Positions 35,025-44,123 of a DNA stretch of 64,000 nt are shown here, in pieces. The notes under the pieces are model-generated. The model was not told the DNA's origin, ran no database searches, and saw only the letters and a program-made list of their open reading frames with translations. Positions within the stretch are counted from its first letter, which is position 1; the number at the start of each line of letters is the position of its first letter. Origin of the DNA: Rhodanobacteraceae bacterium (GTDB taxonomy: Bacteria; Acidobacteriota; Terriglobia; Terriglobales; Acidobacteriaceae); NCBI GenBank assembly GCA_025350865.1, contig JANXWZ010000196.1, positions 5,895-69,894 on the forward strand, given 5' to 3'. The position numbers and the translations under genes are program-made.

Positions 35025-37727
35025 TTAGCGCGGAAGCGGTTGCGTTCCGGTGATGGCAAAGTGGACTTGCTGCGCCGGTGAAGGAGACTTCGGGTCGCCG
35101 GGTTGTGCGCCGCCAATAGCCAGGACATAGTCACCGGGCTGCACGGCTCGAACACCCGCTGCGTCCACCTCGGAGAGTTGGCGCGGCTCCAGATGGAACG
35201 TCAAGGTGCGCGTCTCTCCAGGCTTCAGCGAGACGCGTTGGAAGGCCTCAAGCTGCAGGTGCGGCGAAAGCCCGTCGTTGCCGCTTGCGGGCGGCATCAG
35301 GTACAACTCCGCCACCTCATCGCCAGCGCGCTTGCCGGTATTCGTCACTTCAACGTCGGCAGTCAATGGATCGCCAGCCTTCAAAGACGCGGTGGAGAGG
35401 TGAAGTTTCGAGTAGCGAAAGCTAGTGTAGCTCAACCCATAACCGAACTCGTACAGAGGCTTGCCCGTGAAGTAGCGATAGGTGCGTTTCGCCATGCTGT
35501 AGTCGCTGAACGGCGGTAGCTGGTCGATGGACGCGTAGAAGGTGAGGGGCAGCCTGCCCGCCGGATTATTCTTGCCAGTAAGTGTGTCGGCGATCGCCTG
35601 CCCGCCAAACTCGCCGGGGTACCAAGCTTCCAAAACAGCGTTGGCATGTTCCTCGGGCCAGTTCACCGCCAAGGCGGAACCGTTGAGCAGCACAACGACC
35701 ATTGGCTTGCCGGTTGCTGCCACCTGCTCAAGCATCGCCTGTTGCGCCGCAGGCAGCTTGATGTCGGTACGGTCGCCGCCGTCGAAGCCTTCCACCTTGA
35801 TCGGCATCTCCTCGCCTTCAAGCTCCGGCGACAAGCCGACCATGGCTATCACAAGATCGCTCTGCGCCGCGAGGCGAACGGCTTCGGGCTGCAGCAGGCC
35901 GGGGGAGGGAACCCACTCCAACGTAATGCCGCCTCCGAACAGCGGAGCCTGGTGCGCGTAGTCGATCTCGATCGCATGAGACTTTGTATCGGGGAAGTCG
36001 TAGCTGAATCGCGGGGTCGAACTGGCGCGCCCCATGCTGGCCGGAACTGCGAAGGCGTTGATCTCTTTGCCATCGATACTGACCTTGAACTGCTCAGCGT
36101 CTCCGCAGGGATAGCAATGGGCAAGCCGCATGGAGAACTGCATCGGGCCCGCCGCCGGTGGCACGATGACCCCCGTCCAGCGCACGCTGAAGTTATCCTG
36201 CTGGACACCGTCGACGGGCGCGGCGGAGTTCCAGTCGAAGTCCACTTCGCGGTCGACTCGGCTTGCCGCCGGTTTGCCCGACATGTTGTTGCCGGTAAAG
36301 TATTCACCGCGCAAACCTTCCTCGGTGGACCCGGCGGTGGGATGCAGCAACGTCCGGGGTACAGGTAGTGCGACGCCGTCGGCATACGGTGCGCCTTCCG
36401 CGTAGAGGATTTTTGCCCCACGCATCGCGGTGCGTAGCGCGTCAACCGGCAGGATGGGGTCCTTGGGGACGGCGTTGTAGTTGCCTTCGAGAGCGGAGAA
36501 CGAGGCCGCATTGGGTCCGATGACCGCAATCGTCTTGTACTTGCCCGGCGCAAGAGGCAGGATGCCGTCGTTCTTGAGCAGCACCATCGCTTCGTTGCTC
36601 GATTTGAGCGACAAGGCAAGATGCTCCGGGGCACGATCCTGCGAGTAGGGAATTGCGTTGTAAGGGACAGCGCTTGGCGCATCGAAGAGGCCGAGACGCA
36701 TGCGCGCCTCGAACAAGCGGGTAAGGGAGCGGTCGAGGTCGGCCTCCTTCAGCAAACCCTTGCGGACTGCGCCCGGGAGCGCTTTGTAGGTTGAGCCGCA
36801 ATTAGTATCAGTGCCGGCCAGGATGCCGGCTGCAGAGGCATGCTCGCGGTCCTCGGAGAAGCCGTGCGCATTCTTCTGGAAGAAGTCGTCAATGGCGCCG
36901 CAGTCGCTGGTAACGAAGCCGGTGAAATGCCATTCGTCGCGCAGAATGTCCTTGAGCAGCAGTTCGCTGGCGCAGGCGGGCTTGCCGTCGAGCGCGTTGT
37001 AGGCGCACATGATGGAATCAGCCTTCGATTCGACGATGGTCTTGCGGAAGGCGGGTAGATAGGTGTCCCAGAGATCGTGCGGCGTCGGCAGCACATTAAA
37101 GCGGTGGCGATCGCTTTCCGGCCCGGAGTGAACCGCAAAGTGCTTCGGTGTCGAGATGGTCCGATAGTATTTAGGATCCGTCCCCTGAAGTCCACGGACG
37201 AACTGGTCTGCAAGCGTCGCCGTCAGTACTGGGTCTTCGCCGTAGGTCTCCTGCCCGCGTCCCCAGCGCGGGTCGCGGAAGATGTTGATGTTGGGCGACC
37301 AGATCGTGAGCCCAAAGTAGATGCTGTGAACACCGCGCTTGACGGCATCGTTGAATTTGGCGCGAGCCTCGGTCGAGACCACGGTCCCGATCTGCCCGAG
37401 CAGCGGAGCGTCCCATGTCGCCGCCATACCGATGGCCTGCGGAAAGAGTGTCGAATACCCGGAACGCGCGACGCCATGCAGCCCTTCGTTCCAATAGTCG
37501 TAGGCGGGCACGCCCAGGCGCGGGATGGCAGGTGCGGTGTTCAGGGTCTGCAGTGCCTTTTCTTCCAGGGTCATGCGGCCAACGAGTTCCGCAGCGCGCT
37601 CCTGCGGCGACCGCGAAGCGTCCTGGGAGACGGCGGCAGAGGTCCCTTGCTGTGCTCCTGCGGTACTGTCGAAGGAAAGGCAAACCGCAAGGGCTAGGAA
37701 TGCAGTAACGCGAGCGACGATCGGCAT
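35025..37727 (-). CDS. GH3 beta-glucosidase/xylosidase with PA14 insert and Fn3-like C-terminus
   Basis: WNEGLHGVA, WSPNINIFRDPRWGRGQETYGED, KHFAVH, VTSDCGAI, ELEGEE and WYPG. Confidence 0.93.
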   Translation of the reverse strand: MPIVARVTAFLALAVCLSFDSTAGAQQGTSAAVSQDASRSPQERAAELVGRMTLEEKALQTLNTAPAIPRLGVPAYDYWNEGLHGVARSGYSTLFPQAIGMAATWDAPLLGQIGTVVSTEARAKFNDAVKRGVHSIYFGLTIWSPNINIFRDPRWGRGQETYGEDPVLTATLADQFVRGLQGTDPKYYRTISTPKHFAVHSGPESDRHRFNVLPTPHDLWDTYLPAFRKTIVESKADSIMCAYNALDGKPACASELLLKDILRDEWHFTGFVTSDCGAIDDFFQKNAHGFSEDREHASAAGILAGTDTNCGSTYKALPGAVRKGLLKEADLDRSLTRLFEARMRLGLFDAPSAVPYNAIPYSQDRAPEHLALSLKSSNEAMVLLKNDGILPLAPGKYKTIAVIGPNAASFSALEGNYNAVPKDPILPVDALRTAMRGAKILYAEGAPYADGVALPVPRTLLHPTAGSTEEGLRGEYFTGNNMSGKPAASRVDREVDFDWNSAAPVDGVQQDNFSVRWTGVIVPPAAGPMQFSMRLAHCYPCGDAEQFKVSIDGKEINAFAVPASMGRASSTPRFSYDFPDTKSHAIEIDYAHQAPLFGGGITLEWVPSPGLLQPEAVRLAAQSDLVIAMVGLSPELEGEEMPIKVEGFDGGDRTDIKLPAAQQAMLEQVAATGKPMVVVLLNGSALAVNWPEEHANAVLEAWYPGEFGGQAIADTLTGKNNPAGRLPLTFYASIDQLPPFSDYSMAKRTYRYFTGKPLYEFGYGLSYTSFRYSKLHLSTASLKAGDPLTADVEVTNTGKRAGDEVAELYLMPPASGNDGLSPHLQLEAFQRVSLKPGETRTLTFHLEPRQLSEVDAAGVRAVQPGDYVLAIGGAQPGDPKSPSPAQQVHFAITGTQPLPR

Positions 37728-38070
37728 GTGCAGGGCTCCTCTGGAAGCTGTGTGAAGCGCGTCCAGTCTGTGGGGTTCCACAGACAGAATGATGGCACGG
37801 ATATATTTCGCGGAGCAAATAAAACCTCGCCCAGACGGGACTGTATTGAAGTCGCTGTAAAAGTGTCAAGGCATGTGAACCCGCCGCCGTGGTCCTGTCC
37901 AGCGGTCGGGCGTCCTGGATCGTTGGAGACGTATGTTGTTGAGTCTTATGGACAGCCCGCGGTTCAGGCTCAATTGCTGATTAAATTTGCTCTGCAATAT
38001 TCGAAAATTGGTTACGTCGCCCTATTTTCGAGTGCTATAGTCGTCGCAAACGGCCTTCCGGAGAGCCCCT

Positions 38071-40824
38071 ATGCGCCCGTTCCGCTTAGCAACGTCGCTG
38101 CTTTTCCTGCTCCCGATCCTGCTATCCGGTTGCGCTACTTCCTTCGCCCCGCGCGCCACCCAGGGCGCACAACTATCTGGAACGATCCACGGAGGCCAGC
38201 AGCCTGTCTCCGGCGCGACGGTCCAGTTCTACGCAATCAACACCACTGTCACCGGTGGCCCCTCGACCGCTCTTCTGGCCACTCCGGCGATCACCAATGC
38301 TCAGGGCAACTTCGACGTTACTGGCCAATTTAGCTGTCCGTCTCCCTCGTCCCTGGTATATCTCGTGGCGACCGGCGGCAGTCCTTCGCCCAGTGTTACC
38401 AATCCGCAAATCGCACTCATGGCTGCCCTCGGCCTTTGCGGCAACCTCACGAATTCCACGTTCGTGAACATCAACGAGGTCACCACCGTAGCTGCGGTCT
38501 ACGCCCTCGCACCGTACATGACGGACTTTACGGCCATCGGAAGCATATCGTCCCAGGCTGCGGCGATTGCAGGGGCATTCACCTACGCCAGCGAGTTGGC
38601 AGATTTTTCCAGTGGTACTTCCCCCGGTCCCATTGTGCCCACCGGCACGACCGTACCCGTGGCCCAGATCAACACCATCGCCGACATCTACGCCTCCTGC
38701 ATCAACTCTCCTGGGGGTGTGGCAGGGGACTCCAGCGTTTGCGGCCAATTGTTCAGCTTCACTTTACCCAATGTCGGGGCCGCTCCCACCAACACGGTCG
38801 CTTCGATGCTGAACCTGGAGAAGAACCCCAGTTTGAATGTGGCTTCTCTGTTTAACCTCATCCTGCCGTCGTCGCCCTTTCAGCCGATGGATACCTCCGC
38901 TCCGCCAACCCTCGCCGTAGCCCTTCAGGTTACCGGCATTCTTGCTGGAACCCTTACCCCTGCCAGTGCTACGTTCCCGAACACGACGGTGGGCACCAGT
39001 TCAAGTATTGCCTTCACGCTGACTAACAATGGAAATGTGCCATTCCCGATTAGCAACATCGGAGCCCAGACCTACTTCTCGAACACGAATAATTGTCCGG
39101 CTACCCTTGCCGCCTCCACATCCTGCACCATCAACCTGACCTTTGCGCCAACTGTTGCGGGCCCGGTGAGCAGTACGCTGTACGTCTCGTACACGATTGG
39201 CAACACGATCTATCAGCTCACGTCCAGCGTATCTGCTACCGCATTGCCGCAGAATTTGATTTTCTCGCCAGCCTCTGTTGCCTTCCCAAATGCCACGGTT
39301 GGGACTGTAGCGGCAACCCAGACGGTCACGCTCACCAATGTTGGGGCTGCCTCTGCCGCGATCCTCGGGGTCAGCATCACCGGGACGAACGCAGCGCAGT
39401 TTTCCCAATCGAACAATTGCCCTGCGAACCTTGCACCCAGCGCCTCCTGCACCTTCACACTCAACGCCACGCCCACGCAGGTTGGCCCGGTCACCGCCAC
39501 GCTTGCTGTGTCGACCACCCTTGTTGGTCCTACGCTGCCTCTCGCAGCCGCCGGTGCTCCCGCCGCAGGTGCGAACACTTTGGTGTTCTCCGATACGCAG
39601 TTCTACGTCCCCGCCGGTGGCTCAGGCGTCGTCACGGTCACCAACACGGGCAGCGGTCCCGTCAACTTCTCACTAGCCACCATCTCCAGCGGCTTCACGC
39701 AGACCAATACCTGCGGAACCTCTCTGGCTGCCGGGGCGACCTGCAACGTCCAGTTCACCGCCGCCGCAGTCGCATACGACGGCAGCCCTCAAGCCCAGGT
39801 GCCGTTCACCGGGACCTTCACGCTGTATAGCGACGCCGCAACGCCCGTTCAAAGCGTCGCGCTCTTCACAGCGAATGCCCTCAACGTCTTCGATTTCGGC
39901 ACGGCCTCCGTCGGCTACCCTTCGGCCCCTCTGTTTACCGCGAGCTGCCAAGTCGCCTGTTTCGGCTCGCCGACGATCACGGGACCGAACTCGAGCGATT
40001 TCCCCAGTGCCGGTTCCAGCGGATGCGGCAGCCGAGGAACCTGCAACTACTACTATCAATTCGTCCCGACTGCCTCGGGATACAGGATTGGGACGTTTAC
40101 GTATCAAAACAATGCCACTGCAAAGTTTCTCTTCGTTGGCCGCGGCACACCGGCAACGGGACAGGTCATCTCCTACTCCATCTCGGCTTCCTCTCTCAAT
40201 TTCGGAACCTATTACGCCGGCGGTGCTTCTCCGCAGCCCATGACGCTCACGCTGACGAACACCGGCAACCAGCCCGTAGCCTTTTCGTCCATTTCCGTTA
40301 CCGGCAACAACGTCTTTTTCTATACGTTCTCGGAAACCGATACGTGCGCACCCACTCTCGCCGTCGGTGCCACATGCACCATCACGGTATCGGTCTCGGC
40401 CCGGGCTGGACAGTTCGGCGCGACGCTCGTCATACGCTCAAACTCGCTTACCGCGACGGTCAATGTCCCACTTTCGGTTAACGTCCTTACCCCGACGTTC
40501 GGGCCAGTGTTCAGCAGCACAACTGTGACCCTTGCCCAAACGCAAGCCGGCACTCCATCGACACCCCAGACCGTAACGCTTTCGAACACCGGCAATATCC
40601 CGATGGATGTCGCAATCCACGGCTATTCCGGCAGTGGCGCGTCGAACTTTACCTATACGTCGAACTGCACTACGGTGCCGGTCGGCGGCAATTGTACGAT
40701 CACTCTAAATGGTACGCCGCCCGGCGTGGGAACTACCTCAGCCGCCTTAGCGGTTGTCGTGTCCAATCAAACCTTCGGGTTCACTTTTCCCCAAAATATC
40801 GCCGTGTCGGTCACCGGCTTCTGA
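38071..40824 (+). CDS. Surface lipoprotein with repeated ASH/choice-of-anchor D Ig-like domains
   Basis: Lipobox LSGC, N-terminal GTIHGGQQPVSGATVQ domain, and five to six repeats of the type F-x3-VG...TLTN-G...NC-x3-LA-x3-CT. Confidence 0.8.
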   Translation: MRPFRLATSLLFLLPILLSGCATSFAPRATQGAQLSGTIHGGQQPVSGATVQFYAINTTVTGGPSTALLATPAITNAQGNFDVTGQFSCPSPSSLVYLVATGGSPSPSVTNPQIALMAALGLCGNLTNSTFVNINEVTTVAAVYALAPYMTDFTAIGSISSQAAAIAGAFTYASELADFSSGTSPGPIVPTGTTVPVAQINTIADIYASCINSPGGVAGDSSVCGQLFSFTLPNVGAAPTNTVASMLNLEKNPSLNVASLFNLILPSSPFQPMDTSAPPTLAVALQVTGILAGTLTPASATFPNTTVGTSSSIAFTLTNNGNVPFPISNIGAQTYFSNTNNCPATLAASTSCTINLTFAPTVAGPVSSTLYVSYTIGNTIYQLTSSVSATALPQNLIFSPASVAFPNATVGTVAATQTVTLTNVGAASAAILGVSITGTNAAQFSQSNNCPANLAPSASCTFTLNATPTQVGPVTATLAVSTTLVGPTLPLAAAGAPAAGANTLVFSDTQFYVPAGGSGVVTVTNTGSGPVNFSLATISSGFTQTNTCGTSLAAGATCNVQFTAAAVAYDGSPQAQVPFTGTFTLYSDAATPVQSVALFTANALNVFDFGTASVGYPSAPLFTASCQVACFGSPTITGPNSSDFPSAGSSGCGSRGTCNYYYQFVPTASGYRIGTFTYQNNATAKFLFVGRGTPATGQVISYSISASSLNFGTYYAGGASPQPMTLTLTNTGNQPVAFSSISVTGNNVFFYTFSETDTCAPTLAVGATCTITVSVSARAGQFGATLVIRSNSLTATVNVPLSVNVLTPTFGPVFSSTTVTLAQTQAGTPSTPQTVTLSNTGNIPMDVAIHGYSGSGASNFTYTSNCTTVPVGGNCTITLNGTPPGVGTTSAALAVVVSNQTFGFTFPQNIAVSVTGF

Positions 40825-40955
40825 GAACTGCTCAAGTCACCGTCGGTTTCGTCCCAACCGTGGGGGGCGGTCGCCAGATTCGTCGTGCTAAGCGGGTTTC
40901 GCGCGAGCGGACGTATGCGACGTGCACACATCATTGCAAAACTCGGGGGATCATC

Positions 40956-41129
40956 ATGGGACTCTTAGAAGAAGTCGCAGGAGCCGTCGTCGCCGTTGAA
41001 GGAGTCAAGAAGCTCGACCCCAACGCCGGCATCTTTACCGAAGGCCTGGCCGCAGTGGCTGGCTTTGAAGGCGCCAAAGCGATTGAGGAGCACTTCGAAA
41101 AGAAAGACGAAGAGCCGAACCAGGGCTAA
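40956..41129 (+). CDS. Small hypothetical protein (57 aa)
   Basis: GGGGGA RBS-like site; amphipathic MGLLEEVAGAVVAVEGVKKLDP... Confidence 0.6.
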   Translation: MGLLEEVAGAVVAVEGVKKLDPNAGIFTEGLAAVAGFEGAKAIEEHFEKKDEEPNQG

Positions 41130-41138
41130 CGTCCTTCG

Positions 41139-42446
41139 TCAACCGAAGAGAATCATCCGCAGGTCGCGCAGATTCGTGCCTGTTGGTCCGGTGGTGAGTG
41201 ACGCCCCTACCGCGCGCAGCAACGGCGTGGCGTCGAAGGCCTCCAGCGCAACCTTCGCATCGAGACCCAAATACCGTGCGTGTTCTACGGTCTCATGATC
41301 GCAGACCGCGCCGGCTTCCTGGCTGTTTCCGTCGATGCCGTCAGAACCTGCGCTCAGGATCGTCGCCCGAATTCCGCAGCGTTCAAGTTCGACCGCACAC
41401 CACAGCGCAAACTGCTGGTTGCGACCACCCTCGCCCGCAGCTTCGCCCAGCGCGACGCCAACTTCGCCGACCGAGATCAGGCAGCAGCGTGGATGCTGTC
41501 TCGCAAGAGCGACACCGCGTTCGATCAGGTAGCGGGCCGCGTCGCGATACTCCCACTCGTCGAACGTGTTATCTATCTCGACATAAAATCCGGCGTCTCG
41601 GGCTGCCTGTGCGGCGGCTTCAGCCAGATGTTCGCTCGATAGTACGACATCCCAGTGTGCGCGATCGAAGGCCGCGTCGTCCGGCTTTGGAGTTTCTTCG
41701 CACAGTGGGCCGGTAAAAAATTCCGCCACGCTGGGCGGCAGTGCTTTCAATCGAGGTAACAAGACACGGCAATCCGCGAGCGTCGTTGAGTCCGGCAACG
41801 ACGGCCCCGACCCGATAGCATCCGGCAAGCCCGCGGGCACATCCGAGATCAGCATCGTGTATTGGATTCGGGCCCGCGCTGTTGCCAGCCTGCCTCCCTT
41901 CACTGCGGAAAAGTGTTTCCTCAGCGCATTTATCTGCGCAATCGGCAATCCCGAACCAATCAGTGACTGGTAGAACGCCGCCGTATCCGCGACCGAGATA
42001 TGCGGGTCGAGCGGTGTCTCCATCATCGCCGAAGCGCCTCCGCTGACGAGGAACAACACTGCTGTTCGGCTTGTAACCTCGCGCAGCAAGGACAACACCG
42101 CCTCGGCCGCGGCGAAGGAATGCGCGTCGGGCATCGGATGGCTGCCCCGCATGACGCGCGTTCCCGGTAGAGCGCCCGTGTTTCCCTGATTGGTAATAAC
42201 GACGGCGCGTATCTCCGGATGCTCTTCACTCATCAGCGACTCGCGCACGGCCTGATACATCTCCCACGCAGCCTTGCCCACCGACACAATCAGTAGTTGA
42301 TCCAAGTCCTCTACCGCGACCGAAGCCGTGCCGAGTCTCAGCGCTTTCCCGTCGCACTTGATCTGACCACGCACCACGCGGCCGACCTGCACCTGGCGCA
42401 ACGTCTCTTCAAAGATTTCGCGGGCCTGTTCAGTAGATTGGTTCAC
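41139..42446 (-). CDS. Glycerate 2-kinase (DUF4147/MOFRL family)
   Basis: VGKAA, GSHPMPD, LVSGGASA, RKHFSAVKGG, GGRNQ, GSDGIDG and TGPTGTNLRD. The GTG start overlaps the fpg stop. Confidence 0.88.
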   Translation of the reverse strand: MNQSTEQAREIFEETLRQVQVGRVVRGQIKCDGKALRLGTASVAVEDLDQLLIVSVGKAAWEMYQAVRESLMSEEHPEIRAVVITNQGNTGALPGTRVMRGSHPMPDAHSFAAAEAVLSLLREVTSRTAVLFLVSGGASAMMETPLDPHISVADTAAFYQSLIGSGLPIAQINALRKHFSAVKGGRLATARARIQYTMLISDVPAGLPDAIGSGPSLPDSTTLADCRVLLPRLKALPPSVAEFFTGPLCEETPKPDDAAFDRAHWDVVLSSEHLAEAAAQAARDAGFYVEIDNTFDEWEYRDAARYLIERGVALARQHPRCCLISVGEVGVALGEAAGEGGRNQQFALWCAVELERCGIRATILSAGSDGIDGNSQEAGAVCDHETVEHARYLGLDAKVALEAFDATPLLRAVGASLTTGPTGTNLRDLRMILFG

Positions 42447-43342
42447 TTGCGTTTCAGCGCCTCCAGTCCATCCAGCGTACGCGGCCAGTCGCTCCCCAGC
42501 AGCCGCGACAAGCTCCGATCCGCCAGCACCTTGCCGCCGGTCTGGCATCGCGCACAGTAATTGGTCTCATTGTCCGCGTAGCGAATCCGTTGCACCGGAT
42601 CGCCGCAACGCGGGCATGGCAGGTTGTACCGCCCATGCACCGCCATATCCGGACGAAACGCGGTCACCTTCTCCGGGAACCCGTTCTTCGCCTCCACGCG
42701 CATCCGATTGACCCACATCTGCAGCGTACCAAGCGTCGCGCTGTGAAGCCGCATCCACTCCTCGTCTGTCAGCTTGCGCGTCTGCTGAATCGGCGACAAC
42801 TGCGCCGCATGCAGAATCTCATCGGAGTACGCATTGCCGATTCCGCTCAGCACTCGCGGATCAGTCAGCGCCCGCTTCAGCGTACGATTCTCGCTCGTGA
42901 GCGCTGCCTTGAAGCCTTCAAGAGCGCTCGCCATCACGTCGATCCCGCCCGGGTCAACCGACTCCAGCCCCGCCTCACCCTGCAAGACAAACAGCGATGC
43001 CCTCCGCTTCGACCCCGCCTCCGTCAACACCAGTGATCCCTGCGGAAAATCGAACGCTGCCAGCGCATTCCGCCCCGCCAGCTTCGCACCTGCGGCCCGC
43101 CAGTGCAGACGCCCCGCGATCATCAGATGAAGCACAAGCCACAAATCGTCTTCCAGCCCAATCGCAATCCGCTTTCCAATCCGGCTCAGCGCCACCACCG
43201 TCCGGCCTTCGGCACTCGCGAGCGGCGGCTGCACCGTCCGCAGCAGAAACGCACTCGCAATCCGCACCTGCGTAAGCCGCTGCCCCATGATTCGCTCTTC
43301 AAGCGCTGTGAGGTAAGCCGTGATGTCAGGCAATTCAGGCAC
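42443..43342 (-). CDS. Fpg/Nei family DNA glycosylase
   Basis: N-terminal PELPD, HLMIAGR, H2TH motif SGIGNAYSDEIL and zinc finger CPRC...CARCQ. Confidence 0.9.
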   Translation of the reverse strand: MPELPDITAYLTALEERIMGQRLTQVRIASAFLLRTVQPPLASAEGRTVVALSRIGKRIAIGLEDDLWLVLHLMIAGRLHWRAAGAKLAGRNALAAFDFPQGSLVLTEAGSKRRASLFVLQGEAGLESVDPGGIDVMASALEGFKAALTSENRTLKRALTDPRVLSGIGNAYSDEILHAAQLSPIQQTRKLTDEEWMRLHSATLGTLQMWVNRMRVEAKNGFPEKVTAFRPDMAVHGRYNLPCPRCGDPVQRIRYADNETNYCARCQTGGKVLADRSLSRLLGSDWPRTLDGLEALKRK

Positions 43343-43382
43343 ACCACCACCTTACACAAACCTAATTTCCGGGTGCCCCATC

Positions 43383-44123
43383 TCAATCGGCTTCATCGAT
43401 TGAGGTGGGGAGCCGCAACGAAACTCCAGTTGCAGCAAACTTCCGCGCCCGCTCCAGTAACCCGGCAATCCGGTGCGCCGCCTCCACATAGCCCAGCCCC
43501 TCCGCTCGCACATTCGAGATGCAATTCCGCTCCGCATCCGTCCGCCCCACCCGCGGGCCCCACGTCACGTAAATCCCCAGCGAATCCGCGGCGCTCAACC
43601 CCGGCCGTTCGCCGATCAGCATCACCACCGCCTGTGCCCCGAGGCGCTCCCCAATCTCGTCTCCGATCGCGACCCGCCCCTGGCTCACGACACACACCGG
43701 GCCAATCCTCATCCCTGCCAACGACCCAATCGTCGCCTCCAATACCGCCAGTGCATGCCGCTCCACCGCCAGCGCGGAAAGCCCATCGGCAATCACGAAG
43801 ACAATGTCGGGGGGAAGGGAATCAGCCATCAGATTCCATGCTGATTCAACCGACAATCGTCGCCCAAGGTCCGGTCTCCGCAGATAGGTCTGACGCTCAC
43901 CAGGCCCCGCTTCCACCGCACTCCGCAACGCGATTCCAGCCAGCCCCATCCGCTCCACTCCCGCCAGAATCCCAGTCACGTCGAGCTTTGCATGCACCGC
44001 GTCGCGGGCAAGCGCATGATCCAGCTGAAACTCCAGCTGTGCACCCGTCGCCACGGACGACCCTGCCCGCGCCAGTCCCACGCGCGCAGTCGTAAAAAGT
44101 CCCAGCCTGCTGAGTCCGCTCAT
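43383..44123 (-). CDS. eutC: Ethanolamine ammonia-lyase small subunit
   Basis: TTARVGLARAG, FQLDHALARDAV, YLRRPDLGR, IGERPGLS and RNCISNV. ATGA overlap with the eutB stop. Confidence 0.92.
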   Translation of the reverse strand: MSGLSRLGLFTTARVGLARAGSSVATGAQLEFQLDHALARDAVHAKLDVTGILAGVERMGLAGIALRSAVEAGPGERQTYLRRPDLGRRLSVESAWNLMADSLPPDIVFVIADGLSALAVERHALAVLEATIGSLAGMRIGPVCVVSQGRVAIGDEIGERLGAQAVVMLIGERPGLSAADSLGIYVTWGPRVGRTDAERNCISNVRAEGLGYVEAAHRIAGLLERARKFAATGVSLRLPTSIDEAD

